This document shows, one piece after another, positions 40,881 through 53,159 of a stretch of 64,000 nt of DNA. This DNA comes from Hyphochytrium catenoides (taxonomy: Eukaryota > Protista > Hyphochytriomycota). Numbering within the stretch: position 1 is the stretch's first letter; each line of letters starts with the position of its first letter. Both the position numbers and the translations under genes were made by a program. Location: assembly GCA_900088475.1 (NCBI GenBank), contig FLMG01004215.1:110561-174560 (forward strand). Reading direction: 5' to 3'. The notes beneath the pieces are model-generated. The model did not search any database, had not been told where the DNA came from, and worked only from the letters and a program-made list of their open reading frames with translations.

Positions 40881-43800
40881 TTTAAAAAGTATGAACGATT
40901 GACGACCCAATCTGATTGAGCTGCGGTTGCCGATTACCAAGTAAATCTGAAAGTGAGATGAAGGAAGTGATAGTCCCTCAGCCTGATATGATAACAGACA
41001 GGATCGTGGAAACAGGGAGACATGAGTGGAAGAGCTTTGAAGAGGAGGGATCTTGTGACGAGGTGAAGAAGGACAGAACAAGGATAAAGAGCTCTTTCCT
41101 CTTCCGCCATCACTGATCGCTTAGACTGTCTCTCATAAGACCTCTCTGAGTGAAGGAACGGAGAAGGTCCATGGGGCGTAAGAAAGACAGAGCCCCAAGA
41201 AATACCTTGTTACTTTGGCGCTGTAGCATAACATAGACATGAGGGCCTATCAACAATGTAGAATATGATACCTCGATTTCCAGTATGACACCGAGATAAA
41301 ACACTCCTCATAAGACAGGCGTGTATCCACGCTGGAAAGATACGATTGACAAGAGACAGAGCGAGGCCATCATGCGAGACAGAGGCCATAGAAAGTGTCT
41401 GCATAAGGAAGGAGCCAGCCACATGGCCATTGTCCCTGTGAAGTGATGATGCGGCCTCCTTGACGATGATGCGCCTCGGGTAAGAACGCCTTTGGTCATA
41501 CGGCGAAGCGTGGGTAGGACGCTCCGCTGGCGACCTCTACAATATGACCTACCTACCGGTGGGTGGGGGTTCTGCGTTCGTTAGTCGTGGTAAGTAACGG
41601 CTATGCCCGGATACGCTGGGTGTTACAATGGGGACAACGGGGTTGGTAGAAAGCCATGTTCAGGGATATGAGGAATCATCTTTAGGAACCGCTTAGAATG
41701 GGGTTCATGTTATTTACCGGTGTGAATAACCGCATGGGTTGGGTATCTATCTCTCTGGAGTTGTTTCTTTGTTACCAACAAAGCAAGCATCACAGACCAG
41801 CAAATTTTGAAGCAGCAAGGGGCGCTCCCTTTGGTGCAAGTGCAGGTCAGGAGGAGCAAGGAGGCTGAGAGTCGGAAGTGGAGACAGGGAGCAGCGTGGA
41901 ATAAACCAGTGGTCTCCCATTCTTTCAAGTAAAATTGACGTGAACATGAAGCAAAACCTATAGACAGTCGAAAAGCAGTAGTTGTGGAATCTTTCTTAGG
42001 GCATTATCGTTAGGTTTCAGACGTAGTTTCCCGGCAGTGGATCTTTCGTTCCTACCACTCCTTCGCTCTGTCTGTGCACAGAGTGAGGGAGGAAGAAAGA
42101 CCTGAAGAAGAAAAAGTTCAAGTTGATCAATGGCCCTTACCCGTCCACCCTTGCACCTGCAGATGATTCTGTTCAAAAAGAGTGATGGCCAGCCCAAAGT
42201 TGTTCCCTCTTCTCTCTTTCCGTCGTTTCTTCCTTTCCTCCTAGCCAGATCTGTAAACAACTTTTGTCTCTCTTTGACTGCAACTTGTCGTCCTTCATTG
42301 TCCTTGAGACCTCCTACCTTCCTAAATAGTTCCTACCTCTAGCTCATACACTCCAGTAGAACTACAGGGTTCTTTTCTTACTTCTTGGCTTGCCTCTGTT
42401 TCTTAAGTTAGGGTGCAGCCGGATGATGATGAACCTCACCCGCTTGTTCTCTCCAACACCTCCACAGTCTAAGTCCGCAGCTCCATGTTCCTTAAAATTT
42501 CTGCTGTACGACGCAATCATCGGCTAGACGAAGCGCCAGAACAAACGCCAGTTCACCTTTGTCCCCCGTGATCCACCCATTAGTGAGATCCCTTGTGCTG
42601 ATTAGCCTTTATGAACGGAAGAAAGCATACAGTAGAAATAGACACTTTCCTGCATGGGCAGGTTGCGATTCATTTGACTTCAAAAACCGCTGGTGGACAG
42701 TTATTGGGAATGGCCAATTAATTTGTACCTGGTTATCAATATTTCTTCCTTTCCTCCTTTCCGCTTGTACTTGTAGGCCTTTCCTAGATAGTTCCAAAGG
42801 GAAGCTTCTCTCCTCCTTTTCGAAGCGCCTTCTCAAAGGAGTTTTGACTGCCTACAAGAACTTCTTGTGGTTGTATATTACTCTTATTAATGGACGTGAC
42901 ACAGTAACTGGTGTGGCCAATGTTGTCGACCAGCCGCACACTTGTTCGAAGTTTCCCTAGAAAATGTGAAACAACAAGCGAGAAAAGTCTCTTCTTCTCC
43001 ATCTTTCTTGGTGTATAAGAAACCAAGAGAAGTCAAGGTGGCATGGACAGCCAGCACAATGACCAGGCCAACCCCACTATAACCAAAACATCATGACAGC
43101 TAGTGCGTTATCAGTCTTGACATAAAGAAAGAATCTTTTCTCTCCTCTCTACCATATCTAGAAGGTGGGTCACTGTGTAACGTGACTCTGACTATTCTAG
43201 ATGCCATCTAGCTTTGCGGGAGACAGCAAAGCCATGCCGTCGACTCTGGTGCAGCGGCGGACACTCTTCTTCTGTGTTCTCCTTCATTGTGAACATTTGG
43301 ATAGAAATTTCTATTGAAGTGGCAGATCAGGGTGTTGCTAGCACGATGATGATGATGATGGTGCAGTCAGTTCTGGTCTAAAGACCGATAGGCCAAATTG
43401 CACAGCCAAATGGTTCCTTCGTCTGTAACGCCTTTTCTAACTTTCTCAGAAGAGAAGGGTTAGGAGCTCCTATGGTGCCTTTTGATGAATCGAAAATTGT
43501 ATCCCTGCGAGACTGGGGCTGGCTTGTTTCTCCTGGGCTCCTTCCTCCTCACCTGCTTGTGCCTTGTTCTCCCGCTCTGAAGAAGGTTCTGCCCCTTGCA
43601 GCAACAAGAGGCTACTTATTGTACCGTTTATCCCACCGCCACCTGGCTATTGAGGCTTCTTCTGGGCCCGCGTACGAGCTTTCGTCATCTCACTACCCTC
43701 CCGTGACGCTTCTCACATCTCCTTACGCTTTTGTTGATTTGCTTTCCCTCCCCTTTCAACAGAACACGAACAACTGCGGGATCGGCAGTTTGTACCCTTC

Positions 43801-46606
43801 ATGCAAGCAATAGAAGATGGAGCATCTAAGGGATTTTTTATGGGCCGCCACAAGAGGGCGATGCAGCTGTTTCGGCTTGCAAGAGCGCCATTTGTTCTCC
43901 ACCAATAACTCACGAAAAGGCAACTCACCCCCGTTGCCATAGCTGCCGGTAAGTAGAGGTAATGTTTCTCTTCCATGCTCATCTTTACCTCAAAGGATGC
44001 TTGTAATATAATCTTTTGAGTATGACAAAATACAGCCTTCCAACCAATGGAATCAATAGGCAGGCCGCCAACTGCCAACGAAAGAAATGCACCCAAGTGT
44101 GTTCAAAGGCCAGATTTGTTCATCCCCAAGTCTTCACCCACCCATTACCTTGTTAGTTTTTTTTTATAGAATAGTTCTACAATACTCAGCCATGCGGCTG
44201 CATTTTTGAAACTCTTTACTCGGGAGTATGATGTAGATCTATGCAGTCTGGAGTTGCTTCAGTCTTCACATGCAGACTTATCAACAGAACAACAATTTAT
44301 CGTTGTCGCTTTCTCACAATGGACGATTTGTGGGCTGGGAATCCTCACAAGTAAAGTATTCAGGCCTGCTCCTATAGCTCTTTGACGCCAAGGAGGGATT
44401 ATCTATCTTTGCAACAGATACTCGCTCATATTTATCGTGTCAGCAGCTTGCCATCCAAGAAGAGATCTGAATAGCGAGATAAAAAGTGTAAGGGGAAGAG
44501 TACCTCAGTGACTCTCGTAACGCCAGCACAGCACATAGGGGGCATACTGCCAGCTCACAAGTAGTATCGAGTTGGTGGCAGCTTGTTCTCACACTCTGAT
44601 GATGCCGGTAGGTAGGGGACCACGACTAGCATTTTTATGCCGTCCACTACTAGCTGCTGGTCTTTCTCATCTCAGTGCTTTCGTCATCTCGTTCGAGGGT
44701 TAAGAATATAGTAGTGACTTTCATGAAGACAGCATACACCGCGGGATAATGCCAGAACACGGGCACCACCAAGACCTTTACTAGTAAATACCCACCTTTC
44801 TGAAACCCATTCGCTATGGGTCTCCTCCTTATCCAGAACCGCCGTGAATGATGACAAGGGTGAGCTCGGGGAGGGGCCGTAATGGTCTATGACCCAATAT
44901 TCAAAAACGGGTATGAATCCGTATAAGGCGCACGCGTGAGCTCTTGATAAGTGCACTATGCTGGATGTATCGATGATGGCCCGATGATGGCCTCGGTCGT
45001 CGTAACAACGTGTTGTAGGGTGTGTCTCGTCAATTATAGAGCTAGTTTCACTAGAGTCGGCTGGATGTAAGCTGACGACCGCCTAGCAGCAGAAGAAACG
45101 ATCTCACCCCCAGTAACGGTTGATTCAATTATTGCGTCTATGATGGCATAGTAGAAGACAATTGTTCTTTCGCCCCACGATCCATTCCTGGAGGGTGAAG
45201 TCGTTATTCCATACTTGTAAAAGGCAATAATCATCAAGCTACGAGGTATTCTTACGTGCGCAGAAGGATTCATACCCTTGCATGGCCACTCAGATCTTCA
45301 GGAAGTATGTAATAAAAGATTTCCACCACAAGGCCGCGGTATGTAACAAAAGCACCTGCAAGGATCTGCATTGTCTCTAGATAAGCAGAGAATGCGGCTG
45401 CTACGAAGCCGCTGTCTAGGCACCGCTAGGAACAAGAAGAAGAAGAACAATATTCCTCGTGCAAAAGACTACCTGTACATATAGTTCTCGAGAACTAAAG
45501 CCACGCCGATGGAAGAAGGAACTTTGAATCAGGACACCGATCAATCAATCAACCAGACCCGTCAACAGTCTGTACTTAATGAGGTCATCTGAGCCCGGCG
45601 ATGCTCCAAAGCTGCTATTGGCAGATGGGGCCAGATAAGATCGTCCTGATTGGTTGGACTCAATCACTTGTGTTCTGGTTAGCCAATGAAATGACTCTCA
45701 TCTGAAGTCAACTTGCTGTACGACGACCGTAAATCTGCCAGGTGTTATTCGCAGTCATATTAGCCTGGTACACCTCAGCCTTGGTAGAACTACAAGTAGT
45801 TGTACAAGCCACGTACCAGCTGACTACGTCCTGACTATTGAAGCCATCTCAACCTTGTCTTTGAACCATGAAACGGTATTAAGGATACGTAGCCTTCAAG
45901 CGCACTATATTCACTATTTTGCGCAGACTATCATAAATGACAGTTGGGGTTTCGAATGGTTCTGGATGTTGACTATACCACCAGCTTCAACTCAGGCCTG
46001 AATTTGTATAGTTATAAAAGACTTGAGACAGGCCCAGCGACCAGCTGGAGAGAATGTAGTTCTACTCCTGTACGAGTTTATAGCTGGGCTCCGTGAATGA
46101 GGAGGGCCAGGTGATAGAGACCAGGTAGGAGGAAGAGCCAGCTCCTTCTGTAACCCTTACTTCCCACCAAACCTGAAAAAGGATGAATGGGTTTAAAGAG
46201 TAGATGCGTTTGGGTGGTAAGACTATGGTCTTAAGGTCTATTTTAAAGTAGAGTGAGTGAGGCAGATGTCTGGGTTTGCCGCCGCATGCTGTTTTTGAGC
46301 ACGTTGAACCTCCGCACTCCGCGATTACAGAACTGTCAGTAGTTCTTCTAAAGCAGTTTGGACAGTAATCCAGAACTCATAAAGCTCGCGACAACTCTCG
46401 CAAATACACAATCCAGAGATCTTAGCAGCCCATTACGAAGGTCGTTTCCACCGGAGCCAAGAAAATCCGAAGTTGAGCAGGCATCAGAATAAAGGCACGT
46501 TGTCATCGCCGCCAACTCTTTCTCCTAAAGGCTCTCTCTTTTGAGCGACAAAGCACGACAAGAGCGCCATATCGAGGCAACCTAAAAAGAAGGTTTTCTC
46601 TCCGCT

Positions 46607-47893
46607 ATGTGCTATTATGCACATCCTCTGACAAGAAAGGACCGGGGACGACTGAAGAAAAAGGCACTCCGCCGTGGAGGTAGGAGAAGTGTCTCCTCGG
46701 AGTGCCTTGAGGTAGTCATCCCCACCAACGGGCAGCTTCAGGGAAAGTATGCCCCACACGCCCCACACATGAAGCCCAAGTTTACATACAGTCTCATTGT
46801 AGACTCCACGGAAGTCCATCCACAACTTGAAGTCCTACTGCACACTGATGGGCAGGTTGTTAATCTTGAGCAAAAGAGTCCCCCACCACCCGAGCGCTCG
46901 AATAGCTTTGATGGCATCAGACGCAGAAGGCGAAGAGGAGAAAGCAGAGACCTCTCAGATCTCCTACTTCCCGAGAAGCAGGCCGAGAAGAAGGTATCAA
47001 TAGTAAAAGTACCCAGAGCGCAGAAACCACAAAATCAGTCCTTAACGTACACGGAAGCAGACCCACGACAATGGTACCATTTGTCACAAAGCAACGGCTT
47101 CTTGGGGAGCGGAATGTTTGGGACGGTAACTCTAGTAGAGCGCGTGGAAACGGGGGAGAAGTTTGCGATGAAAGACATGGACTTAAAGAAGCTCTATTCA
47201 GAGGAGGAGAAGCTTGGCGCGAAAAAGGAGGCAGAGATTCTTTCCTCCATATCACATCCGGGCATTGTCAGTTTTGAGGGCGCCTACACTCATGAAAATC
47301 ATTACTACCTACTCACTGAGTTCCTGCCTGGCGGAAGTTTGGCGGCCTTTATGCAGCATCCTACTCGCAGACTCGGTGTTGATGAAGGCATCGCGAAGAT
47401 TATCTTACGGGAAGTACTAGGGGCCCTAGTCCATCTTCACAAGGAAGTTGGCGTCCTGCATGGTGACATCAAGCTGGACAACATATTGCTCACGGACTGC
47501 GATATAGCCGAAGGCAATACCTATCCCCAAGTGAAGCTTGTGGACTTTGGCACTTGTACCCAGCTCAAGGTTGTCGATGGAGAAGAGAAGCCGGTGCTGA
47601 GAGAGGTGGTGGTTGGCACTCACGGCTACATTGCCCCAGAGATTCTGTGTCGGGTAGGCATGACAACCAAAGCCGACATGTGGAGTTTGGGCATCACGAC
47701 TTTCTACCTACTCTCTGGCTATCATCCCTTCTTCCCTTATGCTACCTGTCTGGAAGAGCCTGTGGATTTTAGTGACAGAGTATGGGCAAGTCGGACGGAG
47801 GAGTGCAAGAGCTTCATTAGGTCACTCCTTTGTGTAGACCATCAGAAACGCCTCAGTGCCGAGCAAGCTCTCAGCCATCCTTGGTTGCGATAG
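46607..47893 (+). CDS. CAMK-like Ser/Thr protein kinase, non-RD (HGD), intronless; start uncertain
   Basis: LGSGMFGTV, FAMK, HGDIKLDN, DFG, GTHGYIAPE, DMWSLG, HPW. Confidence 0.9.
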   Translation: MCYYAHPLTRKDRGRLKKKALRRGGRRSVSSECLEVVIPTNGQLQGKYAPHAPHMKPKFTYSLIVDSTEVHPQLEVLLHTDGQVVNLEQKSPPPPERSNSFDGIRRRRRRGESRDLSDLLLPEKQAEKKVSIVKVPRAQKPQNQSLTYTEADPRQWYHLSQSNGFLGSGMFGTVTLVERVETGEKFAMKDMDLKKLYSEEEKLGAKKEAEILSSISHPGIVSFEGAYTHENHYYLLTEFLPGGSLAAFMQHPTRRLGVDEGIAKIILREVLGALVHLHKEVGVLHGDIKLDNILLTDCDIAEGNTYPQVKLVDFGTCTQLKVVDGEEKPVLREVVVGTHGYIAPEILCRVGMTTKADMWSLGITTFYLLSGYHPFFPYATCLEEPVDFSDRVWASRTEECKSFIRSLLCVDHQKRLSAEQALSHPWLR

Positions 47894-48973
47894 CTTTTCT
47901 TTTAACCGCCAGCGGAGGCCCAGAGCGAAGATCTTCGCTTTTTTGTCATATTTATTCTGTAGGCTGTGGAACCTAAAAGTCGCAGGGTCCGAGAGTCCCA
48001 AAGGTGTGACCTACTAAGCCAACAAGCCATCGTCAAAGAACCCTCTTCGATGAGAATCAATAAATGTTGTCCTATCTCCTAATAAGCTTTCCCCTCATAT
48101 GTTCTGATTCCAACATCCTAGTTACCTACTTCTCCGTCAAGTTGTCCCAGGTAAATAATGACAAAGAGAGACAGCTGTCGCACGCCGATAAACAAAGGAG
48201 AGGACAGCTCAATCATTGCGCAAATCGCCATCAACTAGCAGAAACCATTGTCCGTCATACTTCCTCTGTACTTGCTGAATACACTGCTTGGGACAGCGCG
48301 AGCCCGCTAATCCACTACAAGTAGCAGCGACATTTTGGCATTAGCTTAGCAGTCTTTTCAGTCTTCTCTTCTCTCTTTTTCTTCTCTTCTCTTCCTCTTT
48401 TCCTTATTTTCGAAACGTTGAGAGCGGCCATCATACCGATACGTAATTTGCCTTTCCCTGATGGTGGGTGCGTCAAAAGGTAGGTTCTCACGTGTTGTAC
48501 GAGGTCACCAATTGTCTGTCACGCTCGCTAGTAATAGTGGAACCCTTGGGGCAAAAAAAGTCTTTAAGAACTCTAGCCGACCTGCCCGTAGTAATACCTA
48601 AAAGTGATCGGTATCCCTAGCTCATACATCACCAGCCTCGCCGTCGGCGATCAAACATCCAAGAACGTTGGACGAAGCGCCAAGAAGTCAAACCGCTCCG
48701 AAGGACCTGTGATGTATCGAGGTCTGCACATAGCAAGCGCTCATAGAGACAGCAGCCTGGACCATATGGCAGGCTATCGTGGAGGATGTTCGGTGAATTT
48801 CTGTGGCTATTAGGTCGCCGAGTCAAGCGCTGACGATGTTCTTCTCACACACAACCGATACGGGGGAAAATGGACTTCTTCAATCTATTCTCTCATCTCT
48901 CAGTCCGGAGACTGAGCATCGTGCTAGATCTATTTATGAGAGCTTTTCTGGTGACTCGTCGAGTACCGCCTCC

Positions 48974-50197
48974 ATGGAAGAAGCACTTCTTTCCTTAGTC
49001 GTAAACTTGGTCAAAAGTGAGGGCGTAACTGCAAGTGTCTCTTTCTTTTCCCATGCACTGGTGGCCATCTGGCTCACCCTAGCCGCTGTGGCTCTCATCT
49101 CTGGCTTACCCAGTCAGAAAAAGGGTATTTTGGCTCGATTTGCGGCGCATGGTCGCCTGAGGATGAAGCTTCCTTCGTCTAAGCGATGGTGGGATCGGCT
49201 GGTGGTACGTATGGCTACTGAGGTACCGGTCAACCAAGCTCTCTTCCCAATTCTCTTTCCAACTCTCTTTCCATGGGCAACTGTACAAGAAAACGCCAAT
49301 TTACTTCCGTCGCGTGGTGCTTGACTCACGATCTGACTGGTAACTGGTGTCGCTAGGTTCCCAAGAGCTGGTTCAGCCATTTCTACGTCTGGGCCGTGCT
49401 GGTGAATGCTTTACTCTGGGGCATTTGGCATTTCTGCCTGCAAGAGACACTTGCATTGTGGGGCTTCCGTCTATCACCGGCCTCCTACCTCGTAGCTGCG
49501 TTGTACCAAATGCATCTCATAAGAAGAATGTATGAATGTCACTACGTAACGAGGTTTGGATCTGCCACCATGCATATTCTAGGTGAGTCGTCGAGGTTGA
49601 TAGATAAAATACTTATCGATAGGAGATGTTTTGAAGGCAGGACGGACGATCGGTGCTTTTTTAGAGAAATGAAGTTAAGGGTGTACGGATTGAAGAGCAA
49701 GAGCAGTTGGCTATGGAGATCTTGAAAGTTGACACGTTTGCACTCGTTTAGGTTACCTCTTGGGCCTTGGTCATTACACGCTGGCTGGCCTCTCTCTTCT
49801 GCTGCTCACCCAAAAACATTACGAAAAGTTCTCTTTCCTGAGCCCTGTGACGGGTGCTGGAGTACTTCTCTACATATCAGGAACTATTGTCCAACATGGA
49901 GCTCTGAAATCCCTAGCCAAACTGCGAACTGACGGTAAAAAGGGCCCCGACAGCTATGGCATCCCACGAGGCCTATGGTTCAAATACACATCGTGTCCCC
50001 ACTATCTGGGAGAGATACTTGTTTATCTTTCTTTCCTCACTCTATTGCACTTCCAGTCCAGAGTTGCCAACGCTCTCTTCCTGTGGGTCTTCGTCAATCA
50101 GTGTGTGGCTGCTAGCAACAGTCACAGATGGTACAAAGCTACATTTAAGGACGGCTACCCAAGAGAAAGGAAGAGACTCCTCCCATTCCTTTTTTAG
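48974..50197 (+). CDS. Polyprenol reductase / steroid 5-alpha reductase 3 (SRD5A3/DFG10-like), about 3 exons
   Basis: HGRL, VPKSWFSHFY, HLIRRMYEC, YGIPRGLWFKYTSCPHYLGE, SHRWYKATF..YPRERKRLLPFLF. Confidence 0.9.
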
Positions 50198-50230
50198 AGA
50201 TCGCTCTCTTCTCAGCCTCCCCGCCAAGTT

Positions 50231-51190
50231 TCAGAAAGCAAACATGTGGCTGAAGGGGCCACATTCAGCAGTCAATCTCAAGGCCTGTCGGTTTCCATAG
50301 GTGCCTGCCACTATTCGTGGAAGCAGATCCGGCTTTTTATCCGAACTGGAATCCGCATCTGAATCCGTCCTTACTATAGCGAGTTCCCCCTTCCCATCGC
50401 CAGAAGCAGGTGATCTGCCCCTTACGAAGGTCAATGGCGGTTCGTGGTCCTGATTGACCTTGCAGCTCCCGACAGCAATTTCTCCCTCCTTCCCATCCTT
50501 CTGGCTGCGTAAGCCATTTTCACTGTCCTTTACTGGGATGCCACCTGCATTTGCAGCTATAAGCATACGTTTGTTTTCCCCAATCTCCAAATTATCTAGG
50601 CCAAGTGCGACGTCTCCACAGTGGTTCAAACGCTGGGTCCTCCTTGATGACGTTTTGCCATACACTCCCTCCCTGAGAGCGTCATTTATCAGCCTATCAG
50701 CAATAAAAATCAGGACTATTATTTGCCCTCCTCAAGAGCCGAGCTATGGCAGTAATACGAACCTTACAAGGTCTTGAAAGAGTACCTCGCCAGCACTTCG
50801 TTCAATCTGTCCATGATATTGAAGGGACTTTCCCGTACTACGACTGCTACAGGTTAGAGCTGCCTGAGGAATGACCATGATAGACGGCAACACTGGCTCC
50901 CTCTTTTCACTTTGAGAGGTCTCAAGCTCCTTTACTGTCATAGATAGCAGGGACAGGGTACCACTACCATCACCCCATCGGCCAGTTGTCAGTATGGGCA
51001 AGTTAACCAAAGTCTTGGCCACCTGGGAGATGACTTTAGCACTTGCTTTCTCCTTAGTGAAGGAGACGTAAGCCACGAGCCCCTTCCCAATGGTCGCCCA
51101 GTGTTCATTCTCGTCAAGGAGCAAAGATGCAGAATCACACCGCTGAACGACCACTCTAACACTTGCACCTTCAATCTTCAAGGAGCTCAT
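50231..51190 (-). CDS. DTD2: ATD/DTD2-type aminoacyl-tRNA deacylase (DTD fold), 2 exons, with a low-complexity insertion of about 110 aa
   Basis: RVVVQRC, GLVAYVSF, IPQAAL, QYH, GTYGNRQAL...GPFSH match human DTD2/ATD (IPQATL, QYH, GTYGNRQVL, GPFTH) rather than DTD1 (SQFTL, NxGPVT). Confidence 0.85.
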
Positions 51191-51474
51191 CCCTGTCTCT
51201 CGAGCTTCTTGACTCACACAACAGCTATTGCAAGCTCTCACACCATCCAAGAGATTCTCCCAACAACGGGAGACCCTAGCTTATCCTTTGAAAGGCAGCA
51301 GCAACGGGGCCGGCGGAGAGAAGCAGCGGCGTCTGCATCAAATTCTCAGAATATCCTTTATAACATCCCTTGGTTGCGCAGCTCTCTGGGAACTCAATTG
51401 ACAAGTCTTTTATTGACCTTCAGCTTCTTCAACTTCTGTCCACGCTTCCGTCATGCAATAATTGACAAAAAGCT

Positions 51475-51546
51475 TGCCCGAACTGGGGATTGAACCCAGG
51501 ACCTTCAGTTTACAAGACTGATACGCTACCACTGCGTCATCCGGGC
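51475..51546 (-). tRNA. tRNA-Thr(UGU)
   Basis: GCCCGGA TG ACGC-AGTGGTA-GCGT A TCAGT-CTTGTAA-ACTGA AGGTC CTGGG-TTCAATC-CCCAG TTCGGGC A; Pol III terminator TTTTT 3 nt downstream. Confidence 0.96.
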
Positions 51547-51940
51547 ACAATTCGGGAATAATAGTGGACATTTTGTAAATAAAAAGGTTACTCAATAGAA
51601 TCAACAGGTACGCGCTCGCCTACTACAGTCTGTGATGTTGCCAAGAATGATGATGATTATGATAACAAGTGCCTAGTAGGATAGTCTCGAGGCTGGCTAG
51701 GAGAGGACATTTGGTGCCCTTTCTTCTTCTGACGCCGGCGATACTACTTCACAGGCTATGAGGAGTTTGGCAATAACTTGTCTTAGAAGTTAATAGGCAA
51801 GCCAAAGACACGCACGTGTGCCGCATCAAATTGATGCAACTCGTAACTGAATCGACAGTCTTTTATTTGGAATTCCTCTTCTTCGTGAGCTATTGACGTG
51901 TGAGGCATTCCATCTACGACATGACTCTGCTAATAGGAAT

Positions 51941-51988
51941 GGCAGCATTGTAGAATAAATAGGGGGCAGCATTGTAGAATAAATAGGG
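51941..51988. repeat. Perfect 24-nt tandem duplication
   Basis: GGCAGCATTGTAGAATAAATAGGG x2. Confidence 0.9.
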
Positions 51989-52112
51989 GATACTTTATTA
52001 CATGGGACCGTAAGTGGGGTTTATCGACGAACCACATCCTGCGACAAAGCTAGCTGACTGTCGCCAGCACCTTCTATGCCCAGAAAGTCAAAGAATGCAG
52101 TGATCGTCAAAC

Positions 52113-53159
52113 TCATTTTTGCCAGCTGATGGTGCCCGACACAGCTAGAACTAACATTGTAAATGACAGTAAGAAGAGTAGTGAGACACGTAAAACCCAG
52201 CGACCAATAGCTGTGGAACTCCTGGGGTATTTCCACATGATCCCGATGGCATTCGGTGAGCGCTTGATGACTTCTTGGTTCTGGCACATCTGACCCAGCT
52301 CCCCGTCTAGTCCTTTCAAGCGTCTCGCCAGATTTCCCAGTTCTTGCTGTTTGAAGGTGGTGTTGGACAGCCACTCGCCTTCATCATCCTTCCTATCAAC
52401 AACTGTCCTCACTTGGTTGAGGCCTTGTAGAGAGGTCACAACATGGCCTACCACTAGCACCCCCGGTGGCTTGACGTTGAATTGCAAAGCCTTTTCAGCA
52501 ATGCAAGAGATCGTTCCCCGGACACATCGCTCTCCTGGGCATGTGGCTCTTTCTATTATTGCTGCTGGTAGGTCAGATGGATAGCCAACCTCCACTAACC
52601 GTTCACACAAGTTCCTGAGTCTCCCCATGGCCATCAAAAAAACCGTGGTTCGGTTTTCCTCAAAATCAGGGACTTTCTTTTCTGTGTCATTCATTCCGTG
52701 ACCAGTGCATATTAGGAGTTGATCGGCCACGCCCCTCAGAGTGCAAGGAATGCCAGCGGATGCAGGACCCGCAATGCAGCTGGATATCCCTGGTATGACC
52801 TCCGCTACAAAGCCATGCTTTGCGTACTCTATAATCTCTTCCCCACCTCTACCAAACACTAAGGGGTCTCCGTTCTTGAGGCGTACAACGTGCTTGCCCT
52901 CCTTGGCACCTTGCAGAACCCATCCATTAAGTTCGTCCTGTGCCTTGTTCGCCGAGCCGTACTCCTTCCTAGCAATCTTTAGTTCGCCACGAACAAGATC
53001 CAAAATTGCTTGGTCAACGAGACGGTCGGCTATTACTAAGTCTGCCGACGTCAGTGCTTTATAGGCTCCCACAGTAAGCAAGTCTGGACTGCCCGGACCA
53101 GCGCCCACTAATTGTATCCTGTAGCTTCTGGATGATGATGTAGGCTCCGCAGGCAACAT
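52113..53159 (-). CDS. MET1: Uroporphyrinogen-III C-methyltransferase (SUMT; siroheme synthesis) with C-terminal extension and transmembrane tail, intronless
   Basis: LVGAGPGSPDLLT, IADRLV, VVRLKNGDPLVFGRGGEE, IPGISS, GIPCTLRG, PAAIIERAT, PPGVLVVG. Confidence 0.92.
   Translation of the reverse strand: MLPAEPTSSSRSYRIQLVGAGPGSPDLLTVGAYKALTSADLVIADRLVDQAILDLVRGELKIARKEYGSANKAQDELNGWVLQGAKEGKHVVRLKNGDPLVFGRGGEEIIEYAKHGFVAEVIPGISSCIAGPASAGIPCTLRGVADQLLICTGHGMNDTEKKVPDFEENRTTVFLMAMGRLRNLCERLVEVGYPSDLPAAIIERATCPGERCVRGTISCIAEKALQFNVKPPGVLVVGHVVTSLQGLNQVRTVVDRKDDEGEWLSNTTFKQQELGNLARRLKGLDGELGQMCQNQEVIKRSPNAIGIMWKYPRSSTAIGRWVLRVSLLFLLSFTMLVLAVSGTISWQK

Noticed and set aside
39781-40919. Long plus-strand ORFs (260, 161 and 142 aa) opposite the secreted protein
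   Set aside because: Antisense shadows produced by codon bias and repeats of the real minus-strand gene
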